A DNA stretch of 64,000 nucleotides from Plasmodiophora brassicae (taxonomy: Eukaryota): assembly GCA_036867785.1 (NCBI GenBank), contig CP145423.1:62001-126000 (forward strand), written 5' to 3'. The stretch's first letter is position 1. The number at the start of each line of letters is the position of its first letter. The position numbers and the translations under genes are program-made. Positions 1 to 10,465 of the stretch are shown piece after piece. The notes below the pieces were generated by a model. That model worked only from the letters and a program-made list of their open reading frames with translations. It ran no database searches and had not been told where the DNA came from.

Positions 1-599
1 GGAAGAAACGTGGCCAAACAGCAGCGGATCGTCAGAACGGCACGTCAGGTGTCCATGCATATCCGCTCTGATGAGAGTTGCCGCCATCGCAAGTTGCAGC
101 TTCTTGCCGATACTGAACGCTTCCGATACTGTTGAGCTCAGGAGCTCTTTCATGAACTTGATCCAAAGCTCCATACAATTGGTCCACAGAAAACCGTAAA
201 CTGGGCCCCAGTATCGTATTATGCCACCGAGATGCGCGAGTGAATGCATCTGATTCCATTTCAATCAAACAAATTATGGACCATGTCTGGGCATATGTCT
301 TACAGAAATTGTCAGCATCACTGGAGAAATAACAGATTCAAGGCGCGCTAGTGAATCCAAGAACGATTCGGACCGCCGGTTTAAGTCGGACCTGACAAAC
401 GCCTTCGACAGGATCTGAGACGCCCAACGCAAAAACGTCGAAGAACGTTATCCAGAACTTGACCGCGCGTTCACTGGCGTTCCTCTCGAGGACGACTCGA
501 TGAATGACCGAATAAAAAAGTTCAATGCCTACGTCGCCGAGCCAACCGATGGAGTCTGAAGCTTTCCAGGATGTCGACGTAGTCCATCACCTATTCGAT

Positions 600-2130
600 A
601 TATCAGATATGCCGTTAGACTTACAGCGGTTGCCATTACCATCGATGCAAATGTACAACGAGCCACTTGACGAGAGGATTGAATGCATCGTATACCACAA
701 ACCGATAATGATACATGATGTTCAGCTCAAATGCATCTAGGCGAAGAAAATTCCGTCGATGGGCTTTGGCAATATTTGGGATCAAGAAGACCGGTTGCAT
801 CAGCCCAACGTTGCAACGGACAGCTGCTGACAACCCCAGAACAATCTGTACGAGCGGTACAACCGATCTTGATCCCCATCTGAGGACATCCGCACCGTCA
901 AGCATTGACGAAAGTCCCAGAGGGAACTCATCGAATCGCATGCACCGCCGCATGAAATCGGCATAACGCACAGAGAAGTTTGCCCCGTCGGTCCAGTCAC
1001 GGAAGGTATCGGCTGGCTCGTCGAGTTGATTGATATGTCTAGCGTATTCTTCGTTCAACTGTTGAGCAAACGTTTTGGACCGGAACAGCGACTGGAGGAA
1101 GAGGATTCGCGAGAATTAAGGAAATGGCTCCGAAGTAGCACCGCAAGCATTGCCAGGCGCGTTCGTGTCCGCTGGCGAGATATGGCCCTCGGAACATACA
1201 CGATAAGTCAGGGAAGGAATGGCTAGGCCGAGGTCGAGGAGATGCCTCCGCAGATGAGCGACAGAGGCGATGCCGACGTTTGTGCTGTTTCGCGACAACA
1301 TGAAATCGTCAAAATCGCCGATGTCGATGCCTCTCGGGGTCGCCTATTCGTGAACCTACAGGGGTAGGATATCGTCAATTTGGGTTCGAGCATCCTTGCA
1401 CAGTGCACCTTACCAGCGCGTTATGCTTCTCAACCAATTTCATCGACCTTTCACAGCTAATCTACAGTCGGCTGTCGACAGCCTGGCACGAATGGCCTCG
1501 TCGAAAACATCAACGGCGTCCGTGTCCAGTTCGTCGATTGCCACGGGCACCAGACGAGAGTTAATATGCGTCATAAGATGATCGTAGAGAGCAAGTTCGG
1601 CCATATATCCACCCTCGTTGTCACGACGCCAATCGTCGAACGAATCGGTGTTTTCACGAGCCGCAACGTCGAGGAGTGCAGGTCGAATGCCGGATGCCGC
1701 GACTCGTGGTGCATCATCAGGTCCCTCGAGTTCGAACTGTGCCGGACCGTCATCGTCATTCACGAGTTCAACGTCATCGCCGCCAGACATGGCATCCCCA
1801 TTGTGGCGACGTCGGATCCATTGACGCAGGAAATACTCATTTGCGTCACCCTCGTCCGGCAGTTTCGCTTCGCCGTCATCGCTGGACTCCAACCATTCCC
1901 GAAGAAAGAAGTTGCCATCGACGTCGTCATCGGGCGACTTGGCCTCGACACCATCGCCACGCCTCGCCCATTCCTGCCAGAGCAGTCTCCCACTGCGTCA
2001 TCATCGGTCGACGACTTCTCCTCCAGTGCGGCGTTCACATCACGACTCGACGACGCGAATCTCACGCGGGGACCAACTGATACCCGCGTTCGTTGCGGAG
2101 TGCGTGGTACCACCTTCAACTTCCATGACG
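600..2130 (-). mobile_element. Probable degenerate DNA-transposon (CACTA/Plavaka-like) transposase relic
   Basis: Minus-strand ORF 636-1058 reads 'FRDWTDG...PLGLSSMLDGADVLRWGSRSVVPLVQIVLGLSAAVRC...VFLIP', resembling the D..DG / L.L..DG...S..P...I..L...R core of CACTA/Plavaka transposases. Flanking frames are broken by stops. An acidic repeat (K.PDD...FLR.W) lies upstream at ~1800-2030. Boundaries approximate. Confidence 0.35.
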
Positions 2131-2590
2131 ATCCGACCGCGCAGAGAACTGGATCCTGTAACCGGTTGCTGTGGCTGCAAGCTGTCCCGAATTGACCAAA
2201 ACTGACATTCTCTGTAATGTTGACCTGAATTTGACGCGGAATTTCTCTCAGTGCAACGTTCTGCATTCATATCCTGGCACCACGTATCAACATTTAGGAC
2301 GTCCTGAGAACGGCCATGCGGTTGACAAGGGGGTCGGCCATCATTTGATGACATTCGCACCCATTTCGCTCCATTCATGCTACAAAGCCGATATCACGTC
2401 CAGCGCTATGCCTGCACCAATCGAAGAAGTGATAGCCACGCGTAAAACGTAGCATTACGGTTCACAGCGCAACGCCTGGCGACCAGCACGCTCGCGAGCG
2501 ACGACGTCCAGCTCGGCAGGAACCAATAACCGTGAGACCAGGACGGCATCCATACGAAGGCGCCAGGCACGCCAAGGCGCTATATTGTGA

Positions 2591-2809
2591 CTACTGGTCA
2601 AGGGGAACGCTAATGTGGTCCGCCCGGCTCGGCATCTGTTGGGAGGCTTGCTCTTGTCCATGATCGACGCTAGACGTCAAGACGATTGATGCTTTGTCAA
2701 AGTCCAAGAGCCATATCTTTAAGAACTTGCTGGACTTGCTGCCGAGGAAGGTGGCCTGGTTCTCGTCTTTGAACGACAGATCTCGGAATCGTCGAACGTT
2801 GCGGATCAC
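2591..2809 (-). pseudogene. Gene fragment with 'FLGS...IWLLDFD' motif (DUF3669/kinase-like)
   Basis: Short ORF 'QATFLGSKSSKFLKIWLLDFDKA'; no complete gene structure found around it. Confidence 0.2.
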
Positions 2810-3149
2810 GACAACCGGCCCTGTACGTGACCAGTTACATCAATAAGGCCATCGCCTTGAGACTTGGAGACAGGATGACAAACCCTTGATATCGGCTGCC
2901 TTCTTAACCACCCAGCCCTCGGGTCGCTTGACGAGGGCTGCCACCGTCCGCTCGCCCCGAAAGCGGCGAACAAACAATTTCAGTTGGTGCGCCAGGATCA
3001 CCCTGTTCCCTGCCGCGAAGGACACGGCGGGGGCTGCACAGCAGAAGGTCAGTGCAACAACCTGATGGCGTGTATACCTTTACCTGCATACGCAGGCAGG
3101 GGATCCCGGCCCGCCGTCGGTGTCCCCGTCGCCACCACTTCAATGTAGT

Positions 3150-3335
3150 TGGCGTGTTGGAAGGCGACGGTCGTCTGCCCAGTGAGGTTCTCGATAGCGA
3201 TCTGCACGTCGTCGTAGGTTGGCGCGGCGCGCCGTCCTGCGTTGCCGCGCAGATGCTCGATAACGGTCGATGGGGACTGCATCATATCCACAATGATTCT
3301 GACAATGGTAGGCGGTACCGGGTACGCTGACGCCG
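3150..3335 (-). pseudogene. Histone-fold-like (TAF9/bromodomain-associated type) fragment
   Basis: 'PTIVRIIVDMMQ...NAGRRAAPTYDDVQIAIENLTGQ' resembles the histone-fold loop2-helix3 signature (HAgR.T...DDV.lAi). Confidence 0.25.
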
Positions 3336-3789
3336 CAAAGGAGACGACGCTGTGTAACCAATGTAGGACCCATTCCACGCCGGCCTGTGCTCTGGATCCA
3401 ACCATCACCTCGAACGCGAGCTCGGTTGTCCTTGTCAACAGCTTGGGCAACCGAATGAGACGGCATGGCACCGGTGCGGTAATGCTATGAACATACCGAC
3501 CGGGAACGCGCGGGAGGAAGTGTCTGCGCACTCGGATGGAGCGCTGACAAACGCGATAGTGCCCGCACGTGTGTCGGAGGCGGCCGGTCGCAAGAGTCGA
3601 CGCCTGATGATAAAACGAACTGACGTCGCTGCGGGATCGAGAGCCGTCTCGGTAGAGTGATGGGAGCCAGGCGCGCGCAAGGCTGGTGGTACGCACACAC
3701 AATAGCAGAGTGACTGTATATACACATGCGGTCATAGGAATACGGGGGCTGCGATACGCGTTGCGACCCATGTCAACTGATATCCTCCT

Positions 3790-4360
3790 CGCGCGCCCCC
3801 ATTTGGCGTGCGCGCTTAGCGAGCGGGCCTGGGCCAAACGGCTTCGTCAGGATGTCGGCTATGATTTTCTCCAACTCGATGTACTGGATTTCGACGACCT
3901 TCTCGTTGAGCTTCTCTCGCACGAAGTGATACTTAATACTGTCGATGTGCTTTGACTGACAACGCAGATCCGTACGTAATACGAGTCGTTGCCAACGATA
4001 TGGCGCCTTCGCTATCGGAGTACATAAGCATTGGACGATGCACCTTAACCTCAGGGAACTTTGCGATCTCACTCTGAGCCAAAGAAGTTCGCGGGTTCCC
4101 GCAGTCAGCGCCATGTACTCGGCCTCGGCCGACGATAGGGCCACCGTCTTCTGCAGTGAAGACTTCCAGGCCACTGTGCTGGTAGCGACACTACAGATGA
4201 AACAGGTCGTTGAACGGCGCGTACCGAGGCTTCCCGCCCAATCGGGGTCAGGGGCCATTGCACGCGCGCTCCTCCTCGCCTCGGACGAACTGATCAGGCG
4301 GACGGTCTTGCTCGCCTCCAGGTACAGAAGAACGCGCTTCGCTGCCCGCCAGTGTGTAAT
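3790..4360 (-). mobile_element. Ty1/copia LTR retrotransposon relic (RT end and RNase H)
   Basis: 'HWRAAKRVLLYL', 'DPDWAG...RRSTT', 'VAWKSSLQKTVALSSAEAEYMAL', 'SKHID.KYHFVRE', 'ADILTKP' are copia RNase H motifs. The sequence is degenerate and 5'-truncated. A purine-rich PPT-like tract (GAGGAGGA on minus) follows at ~3783-3790. Confidence 0.93.
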
Positions 4361-4399
4361 GCAAGCCAGGCGCACCTCGACATGCAGGGCGCGCCCGCC

Positions 4400-4860
4400 G
4401 TCATGCTCGGTCCGGGCGAGTCGGCCACGTTCCAGGTGCTGTTCACGACGTACCGCGGCGTGCTCCAGTTAGACGCCAACGGGTTCTACAAGGTCGACCT
4501 GCAGGTCGTCGTTGGCGAAGGCGTGGCGCCCCGCATCGACCTGCTCGACGTCGCCAACGACATTGGGCGTGCGACAACACCTGCCGCGCCTGACCGGCAC
4601 CTGCTACGGATTCGGCGTCCTGCTGGAACAGACCCTGGTCCCGTTCGGCGCCGTCATCGCCGGGTCCACCCTCACCAAGCGCATCAAGCTCAACAATGTC
4701 GGTGACGTGCTTAGCACTTTCAAATGGGGCGTGGCTTGGCTTCATCTGGCGTACGTTGCCGCGAACGATCGTGTGCCACAGGCCTGGTGGCTAACGATAG
4801 GTGGTTGTTGTTCAGGTGGGCACCGGACGTTCAACGGGACGGCACAATACGAATCGTAGC
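4400..4860 (+). pseudogene. Frameshifted internal fragment of a HYDIN-like axonemal gene (ASH/Ig-like domains)
   Basis: 'YRGVLQLDANGFYKVDLQVVVGEGVAPRIDLLD' and, in another frame, 'LTGTCYGFGVLLEQTLVPFGAVIAGSTLTKRIKLNNVGDVLSTFKW' match HYDIN ASH-repeat motifs. No start, only ~450 bp, and it abuts the copia relic. Confidence 0.65.
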
Positions 4861-4936
4861 TATTTGGCAGTCAGCAAGGTCGGTAGAGGTGATTGTATTT
4901 ACTTGCGGAAACAGCCAGGTATGGCGATGGTGCCGG

Positions 4937-6220
4937 CTACTGATGGTCGCTTGCCTCGTGGTGCCTCCTGCTGTCATCGCTGACGAACGATGCGCGATGG
5001 TGCGCGTTAGCGACATCATGATGGTCTCCGGCGTCGCGATCCCTGGAATCCCTCCTGTGATGCTCGTTCTCGTGATTATGGCTATCGTGGTGCTCGTTCG
5101 AATGCGAATCCGTCCCGATAACACTGGCACTGATCGATGCGGTCGTCATCACCTTCGCCTTGTCCTTGGCGACGCCTTCGACTTCTTCCACGCCCTCGTT
5201 GGCGTGCGCCGCTTCGTTCTCGACCTTCTCGCTCCCATGGTGGCCGTCATCCACGTTCGCGGCGTCCAAATGATCGTGTCCGAGCTCGTGCCCGTGGCCG
5301 TGGCCGTGGCCATCATCATTGTGGTCGTGCAGGTGAGACATGCGGAACCCATGGAAGTGCCCCCCATCGTGATGCTCGTCGCCGTCGTCGTCATTGTCGT
5401 GGTCACGCAGATGCGATGTGTGGAAGCCATGGAACATCTCATGGTCGCTCTCATGCTCGTGGTGCCCCTCGTCGCCGTGGCGACGATCGGCGCCGTGGTG
5501 GAACATGCCATGGTCATGATCATCGAACATGTGGTGATCCCGGCCGAACATGTGCCCATCGTCCCAGGCGTCGTCGTCGAAGCGGAACTCGTCGATCTCG
5601 TCGTGCATATCGTCAAAGTCGTCGTCATAGTCGTCATGGTCGAATTCGTGATCCCAGCCGTGGTCATCGTGACCGCCGTGGTCGTCATGACCGCCGTGGT
5701 CGTCGTGACCGCCGTGGTCGTCGTGACCGCCGTGGTCGTCGTGACCGTCGTGGTCATCGTGACCGCCGTGGTCGTCGTCCCCATGGTGATGGTTTTCGTT
5801 GTCATGGTGACCTTCGTCGTCGTGGTGATGGCCTTCATGCTCGCGGTGGTCGCCGTCCTGATGGTCATGGTCATGCTCGCCCAGATGGCCCTGGTGGTCG
5901 CCATCATGGTGATGGTCCCCGTGGTGCCCTTCTCCATGACGATCGTGCCCGTCGTGGTCATCATCATCATCAGTACCGTCATGGTGAGGATCACGGTGGT
6001 CGACTTCCCAGTCGAAACGCTCATCATCCTCATCGTCCAGGTCGCGCTCCAGGCGCAGGTCGTCGTGGTCGTCGTGGTCGGCCTCGTGCCGATGGGACAG
6101 GAGGTGCCCCCGGCGATTCATCCCGCTCAGGCGGTGGTGTCCGAAACGGCCGTGGCCGACGGCCTGCACGGCCACAGCCAGCATCACGAGGCATAGCAGA
6201 ACGCGTAGTACGCCTTGCAT
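4937..6220 (-). CDS. Secreted His/Asp-rich protein 1 (427 aa)
   Basis: Single ORF. Signal-peptide-like MQGVLRVLLCLVMLAVAVQA. Mature part dominated by H/D/G/E with GGHDDH repeats and no Cys. Confidence 0.85.
   Translation of the reverse strand: MQGVLRVLLCLVMLAVAVQAVGHGRFGHHRLSGMNRRGHLLSHRHEADHDDHDDLRLERDLDDEDDERFDWEVDHRDPHHDGTDDDDDHDGHDRHGEGHHGDHHHDGDHQGHLGEHDHDHQDGDHREHEGHHHDDEGHHDNENHHHGDDDHGGHDDHDGHDDHGGHDDHGGHDDHGGHDDHGGHDDHGWDHEFDHDDYDDDFDDMHDEIDEFRFDDDAWDDGHMFGRDHHMFDDHDHGMFHHGADRRHGDEGHHEHESDHEMFHGFHTSHLRDHDNDDDGDEHHDGGHFHGFRMSHLHDHNDDGHGHGHGHELGHDHLDAANVDDGHHGSEKVENEAAHANEGVEEVEGVAKDKAKVMTTASISASVIGTDSHSNEHHDSHNHENEHHRRDSRDRDAGDHHDVANAHHRASFVSDDSRRHHEASDHQ
5658..5778 (-). repeat. 18-bp coding tandem repeat (GGHDDH, ~7 copies)
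   Basis: Plus-strand unit ccgtggtcgtcgtgaccg repeated with minor variants. Confidence 0.9.
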
Positions 6221-6306
6221 TGGTCAAATTACAGATATGTTACGTTTGACAGGGCCCAGCGACCTGGGTGGCGATTCGACTTGCACCAAGCACACCCCAT
6301 CCAGTG

Positions 6307-6313
6307 TGACTCA
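6307..6313. promoter_or_regulatory. TGACTCA (AP-1/GCN4-type bZIP site) upstream of His-rich gene 1
   Basis: Exact match ~90 bp upstream of the ATG at 6220; recurs before every His-rich gene. Confidence 0.6.
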
Positions 6314-6373
6314 TCCAGGTGACTCCAGCGCCCTGGTGAGCCGGTCTCAATCGGCGGCGACTCGTCTGTATTG

Positions 6374-6925
6374 CTACGTGTGCGGGCCTCGCCCCGATCG
6401 TCGTGCCAGACTCGTGTCAAGGCGAGCAACGGGTCGGTAGGCGCCGGCGAAGGCGCGGGCGATGCCGGCGGCGATCTCGTCGAGATCGTCGTGCAGGACG
6501 TCAGGGGACGCACCGCAGCAGGCGCAACGGTTCGCGCGCCTCGAGCAGGACCCGCACAGGGATACGCTCGACCAGGCCGTGGCGATCGTCGACGCGCAAC
6601 TCGTACACGACGCCTGCGACCGTCCCAGGCAGACTCGCTTCGGGCCGCGATGCCGATGGCACAGTGCGTACTCATCGTCGTTGGGGATATCGACCGATGG
6701 GCACGGCTGCACCCGCAGGGCGCCGTCGTCGGGCGTGGCCGGCGACTTCACGACGATGCTGTGCCGCTGGGCGGGATTGGCGTAATTGACAACCAGGTCA
6801 GCTCTGGCCAGGAACGGTGCCGGTTTGCCCTTGCTTGGCGTCGTGTCGTCATCCGGTGGGACTTTTGCGATGTTGTCGTCGGCGTCCTCGACGACCGCCG
6901 GAGGAACCACGCCGACATCGCCCAT
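6374..6925 (-). CDS. Small protein with CRIPT-like Cys-rich zinc-binding motif
   Basis: MGDVGVV... ORF containing CTSC-x12-CGSC-x6-CACC (three CxxC pairs, CRIPT-like spacing). Confidence 0.6.
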   Translation of the reverse strand: MGDVGVVPPAVVEDADDNIAKVPPDDDTTPSKGKPAPFLARADLVVNYANPAQRHSIVVKSPATPDDGALRVQPCPSVDIPNDDEYALCHRHRGPKRVCLGRSQASCTSCASTIATAWSSVSLCGSCSRRANRCACCGASPDVLHDDLDEIAAGIARAFAGAYRPVARLDTSLARRSGRGPHT

Positions 6926-7129
6926 TATGCAGACTGTATATAGGTCAGGTACCATAGGCGATCCGCTCGCCCGGTGGCAACCCTTTGCTGACGACGATGT
7001 ACATAGGACGGGAATGCTCCTCGTCAGCAATGGCACGTCTGTGATGCACCGCAGGTGTCCGATGCGGTACGGTGGACGGCAACACGGGTGGAGAATCTCG
7101 CCCGATCGATCGGTAGACGGTCGGTGACG

Positions 7130-7575
7130 ATGGGCGAACGCGACGACCAGCGCCTTCTACCTGTTGCTGATGTCGCTCACGCCGCTGCCGAGCCTACACC
7201 GGCGGCAACGAGCGCCGCCATGGAAGTGAAACTCAGGACCGTGACGGGGCAGACGCTGGTCGTCCACGACGTCCAGGACGGCATGACAACCGACGATCTC
7301 AAGGTACGCGTTTCTGTTGCACCTCCGCCCCCCAGGCGATCGTCCTGATTGGGGGTTCGTTCCGCAGGGGCTCGTCGAGCGCCAGCACATGGTGCCAAGC
7401 GACCTGCAGCGACTGATCTTCAACGGGCGCGAATTGCAGGCCGGCGACGTCATCAAGGATGCTGGCATCCAGGCAGGGTCGATCCTGCATATCGCCATAC
7501 GCCAGGTGCGCGGAACGTATTCCAGCCTATCCTGATGACACCGGGCCCGGTCAGCCCTGATGAACCTCGCAGCAG

Positions 7576-7617
<42 letters not shown>

Positions 7618-8521
7618 CCGCTGGGCACGACTGCGGCCGACGGCGACGCCAGCACGGTACGAGTGCTGGCTGTGATAGAAGGAGACAGCGCCCGGCAACC
7701 TGACCCATACGCGATTGTCCGTTCAGCGAGTTGTGGGTGTGGGTTCCCTGACGGCCGGCCCCGCCAATCCCTTCTTGATGAGCATGTTCATCATCACGGT
7801 GCGTGCTGTGCCACGGCCCTCTATCGTCCACGTTCAATCGCCCAACCATCGACGTCTGGATCGTGCAGGGACCGGACCGCCGCGAACCCGTCCAGGACGT
7901 CCACGTGCCCTCGACTCGTCTCGCCTATCGCGTGCGGACCCTGGTGCGTTGCACATGGCCCGTGCCTCGTGCGCCCGCGCTGACTGTGTGCGGGATCGAA
8001 GGCGTTCACGTCTGCATTCCTGTACCTCGTCCTGATGATGCTCAGCCTGGTGAGCGCGGGATCGCGCGTGACTGTTTGCGGGTCGACTGTGTCGTGACAC
8101 GTCGCCTGGGACAGACGTGGGCCCCGTTCCTGCTCGGGTCCATCCTGGGCATATACGGCGCCAGCCAGCGCAAACCCGACTGGATCACGATCGTAAGGAG
8201 ACCCAGTGGGCAACGATACCATACACCCGGGTGCTGACCGCCGCTCTGTCCCCTGCTGTCGACCAGTTCGCGATCCTCGAGTTCATCTCCGGGATCCTGC
8301 TCACGGCCCTGGCGTACGCGCTGGGGACATCAGGCGACTCGACGTCGGGCGCGATCGCCCCGATCATCCTGATGATCGCCGGGTTCCGCTTCTACGTCGT
8401 CAGCCAGGGCGTCCGCCTCCTGAAGGAGCTGCGGCACGGGCCGCCGCTGCCGACCACGATCCCACGCGCCCGGCCCGAACCGGATCGCGCCCCGCACCTC
8501 CAGACGGCGCATCGTGTATAA
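7130..8521 (+). CDS. Ubiquitin-like domain membrane protein (multi-exon)
   Basis: UBL 'MEVKLRTVTGQTLVV...QRLIFNGRELQAGDVIKDAGIQAGSILHIAIR' split by the intron 7304-7367. A poly-Ala linker follows, then several hydrophobic exons ending at TAA 8521. Confidence 0.8.
7580..7615 (+). repeat. (CAG)12 microsatellite, read as poly-Ala in the spliced frame
   Basis: Direct sequence. Splicing to the acceptor at 7572 gives QAPAAAAAAAA...GPLG. Confidence 0.85.
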
Positions 8522-8592
8522 ACACGTCGGTCCTGGGGGCGACTGGGTCGCCATTCGATCACGACGGTACGCGTACTGCCTAGCGCCTGGGG

Positions 8593-10313
8593 ATGTACGT
8601 CTTCCCGGTGTCGCCGATCACGCCGACGAACCACAGGCTGACCGCGGCCGAGTGCTCCGCTTGGTTCCAGTCGGTGCGGCCGGCCGCGTCCTACCCCGAC
8701 GACGAGCAGCGATCGGTGCCCGCACCGGCGCGAACACGTCCGCGCTGTCGGCGCCCACGCCCGACACCACTGCCCGTGTCGCAGGCGCGATCGTGGGCGA
8801 CGCCTCGCTTGGCGCCGACGTCGTTCCCGTCGTACGCACCGATGGCGATCGCGCACGCGCCGTCGCACGTCGACAGGTGGCCGGTGGCCGCCTCGCGGCT
8901 GGTGGCGTTCCCGGAGCGCCCGCCGACGCCGAACACGCTGCTGGACGAGATCCTGTCGCCGCGTACGCCCGTCACCTGCCTGCCGTTGCACCCGCCGGCG
9001 ACGACGACGGCGCGGCGCCGCCACCATCAGCTGTTGCCGTGTCACAGCGCCGTCGTGCTCGGGGGCGACACGCGCGGCCAACGCCGACCGTCGTACTGGG
9101 TCCCGACGCGACCCGGCACCGATCGAGCGATTCGCAAGGCGGCGCCGTCTGCCCGGATCGGCCGGGCGTCGCGGCGCCTGGCGTCCCCGCCGCCGACGCC
9201 CGGCCCGGGGGCGTTCACCGTCGAGTACGACGCCGTCCTGCCCCGGGCGCCCGCCCCCATCCTGCCCCTCAACGAGGCGCCACCGCAGACGTCGAAGCGA
9301 CCGATCCGGTACGTTCGCCAAGGGCGCGGGCGTCGCTGGCTGACGTTGTCGGTGGCGTACAGGGCGACGAGCGCCGCCGTGCTGCCGTTAGCGGAGCGCG
9401 TCAAGCGGGACCGGGCGCGTTCCGCCGATGCCCAGCGACGGCGCCGGGCATTGGAATCGGCGCGACGCGCCCGGTTAGACGACGCACAGGGCGCGTCGGG
9501 GCGCGAGGAGCCCGGCGACGGGCGGTCGCGGCGATGGCTGGCCGTGACGGCCGCCATTCTGGCCGCGCACGCGTTGACAGACGGCGCGAGGAGCGTTCGC
9601 ACCCCCCGGCTCAGGGTACGGTGCGCGTGTGCGCCCGCCCCCGTTCGGGTATCGTGACGATACGCCCATAGTTCCGGGACGCGGCCATCATTGTCACGCG
9701 CCTGCAATGCTGGGTGCTTCGTTCGCAGGCGTCGGCGCGTGGCATGGCAATCGAGGAGCTGGACCGTGAGCAGTTCAGCCAGCGGCGCCGGGCGGTCGTA
9801 CGGGAGCATCGGGTCGCGGCGCTCAAGTGCCTCGTCGACCTGTTCGACAACGCCACGCTCCGGGCGACGTTCTTCAGGTCGATTCACCGCGTCCTGGACT
9901 CGGTCACCGTCCTGCAACGATGGTGGCGACGCGTGCGCCTCGTTCGACGGGCGCGCCTCGACTTCATCCGGCGTCTGATCCGCGCGGCGATCACGTGTCG
10001 TCGCCTGCGCGTGCGTCGATCGCGGCGCTGCGCCCTGCTGGAGAACATCATCGTGTCGCAGATGGTGGACACGGTCTACGTCGAGGCGCAGCGCGCGTTC
10101 CGCGACGTGAACAAGCGCCGCATGGCGGGGATCGCCATCGAGATCGCCCCCGACACCGGCCTGCTGCGCCGTGAGTGCTGGTTCCGCATGCCGCTGCTGC
10201 ACCGGCGCGGGCAGTGGCGCGCCAGGATCGTCGCGGCGCTGAAGACGGCCCGGCCCAGGAAGGGCGCTCGACAGGTGGCCGTGGCACGCACAAGGCGCCG
10301 CGGCGAGCGGTGA
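8593..10313 (+). CDS. Pro/Arg-rich protein with SHIPPO-like PGPG repeat and IQ-like motif (possibly flagellar)
   Basis: 'TPGPGAFTVEYDAV' in ORF 8593-9657. The second exon contains 'VTVLQRWWRRVRLVRR'. Putative intron ~9616-9729. Confidence 0.55.
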
Positions 10314-10465
10314 CGGACTGGCGGGCCCTGTCTCCGCAGTGCGCGCAACTACAATCGCGCACCGCGCACTTTCGTTTTGCGCGACTCGCGTGTGGGACCA
10401 CAAATAGCATCTGGGTCGACCGACCCCAGCCCCCAGGTAGGAATGCGACAATGAATTCGGTATAG

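Noticed and set aside
3480-3782. Possible 3' LTR of the copia relic
   Set aside because: No canonical TG start after the PPT-like tract and no second LTR copy in the window to confirm boundaries.
4724-6196. 490-aa Val/Met-rich plus-strand ORF that looks like a polytopic membrane protein
   Set aside because: It is the antisense shadow of the His/Asp codons (CAC/GAC read as GTG/GTC) of gene 1. The same applies to the Val-rich and Thr-rich ORFs over the other His-rich genes.
7349-7675. Poly-Gln (or antisense poly-Cys/Leu) protein from the CAG run
   Set aside because: Splice phase places the repeat in the GCA (Ala) frame of the UBL gene.
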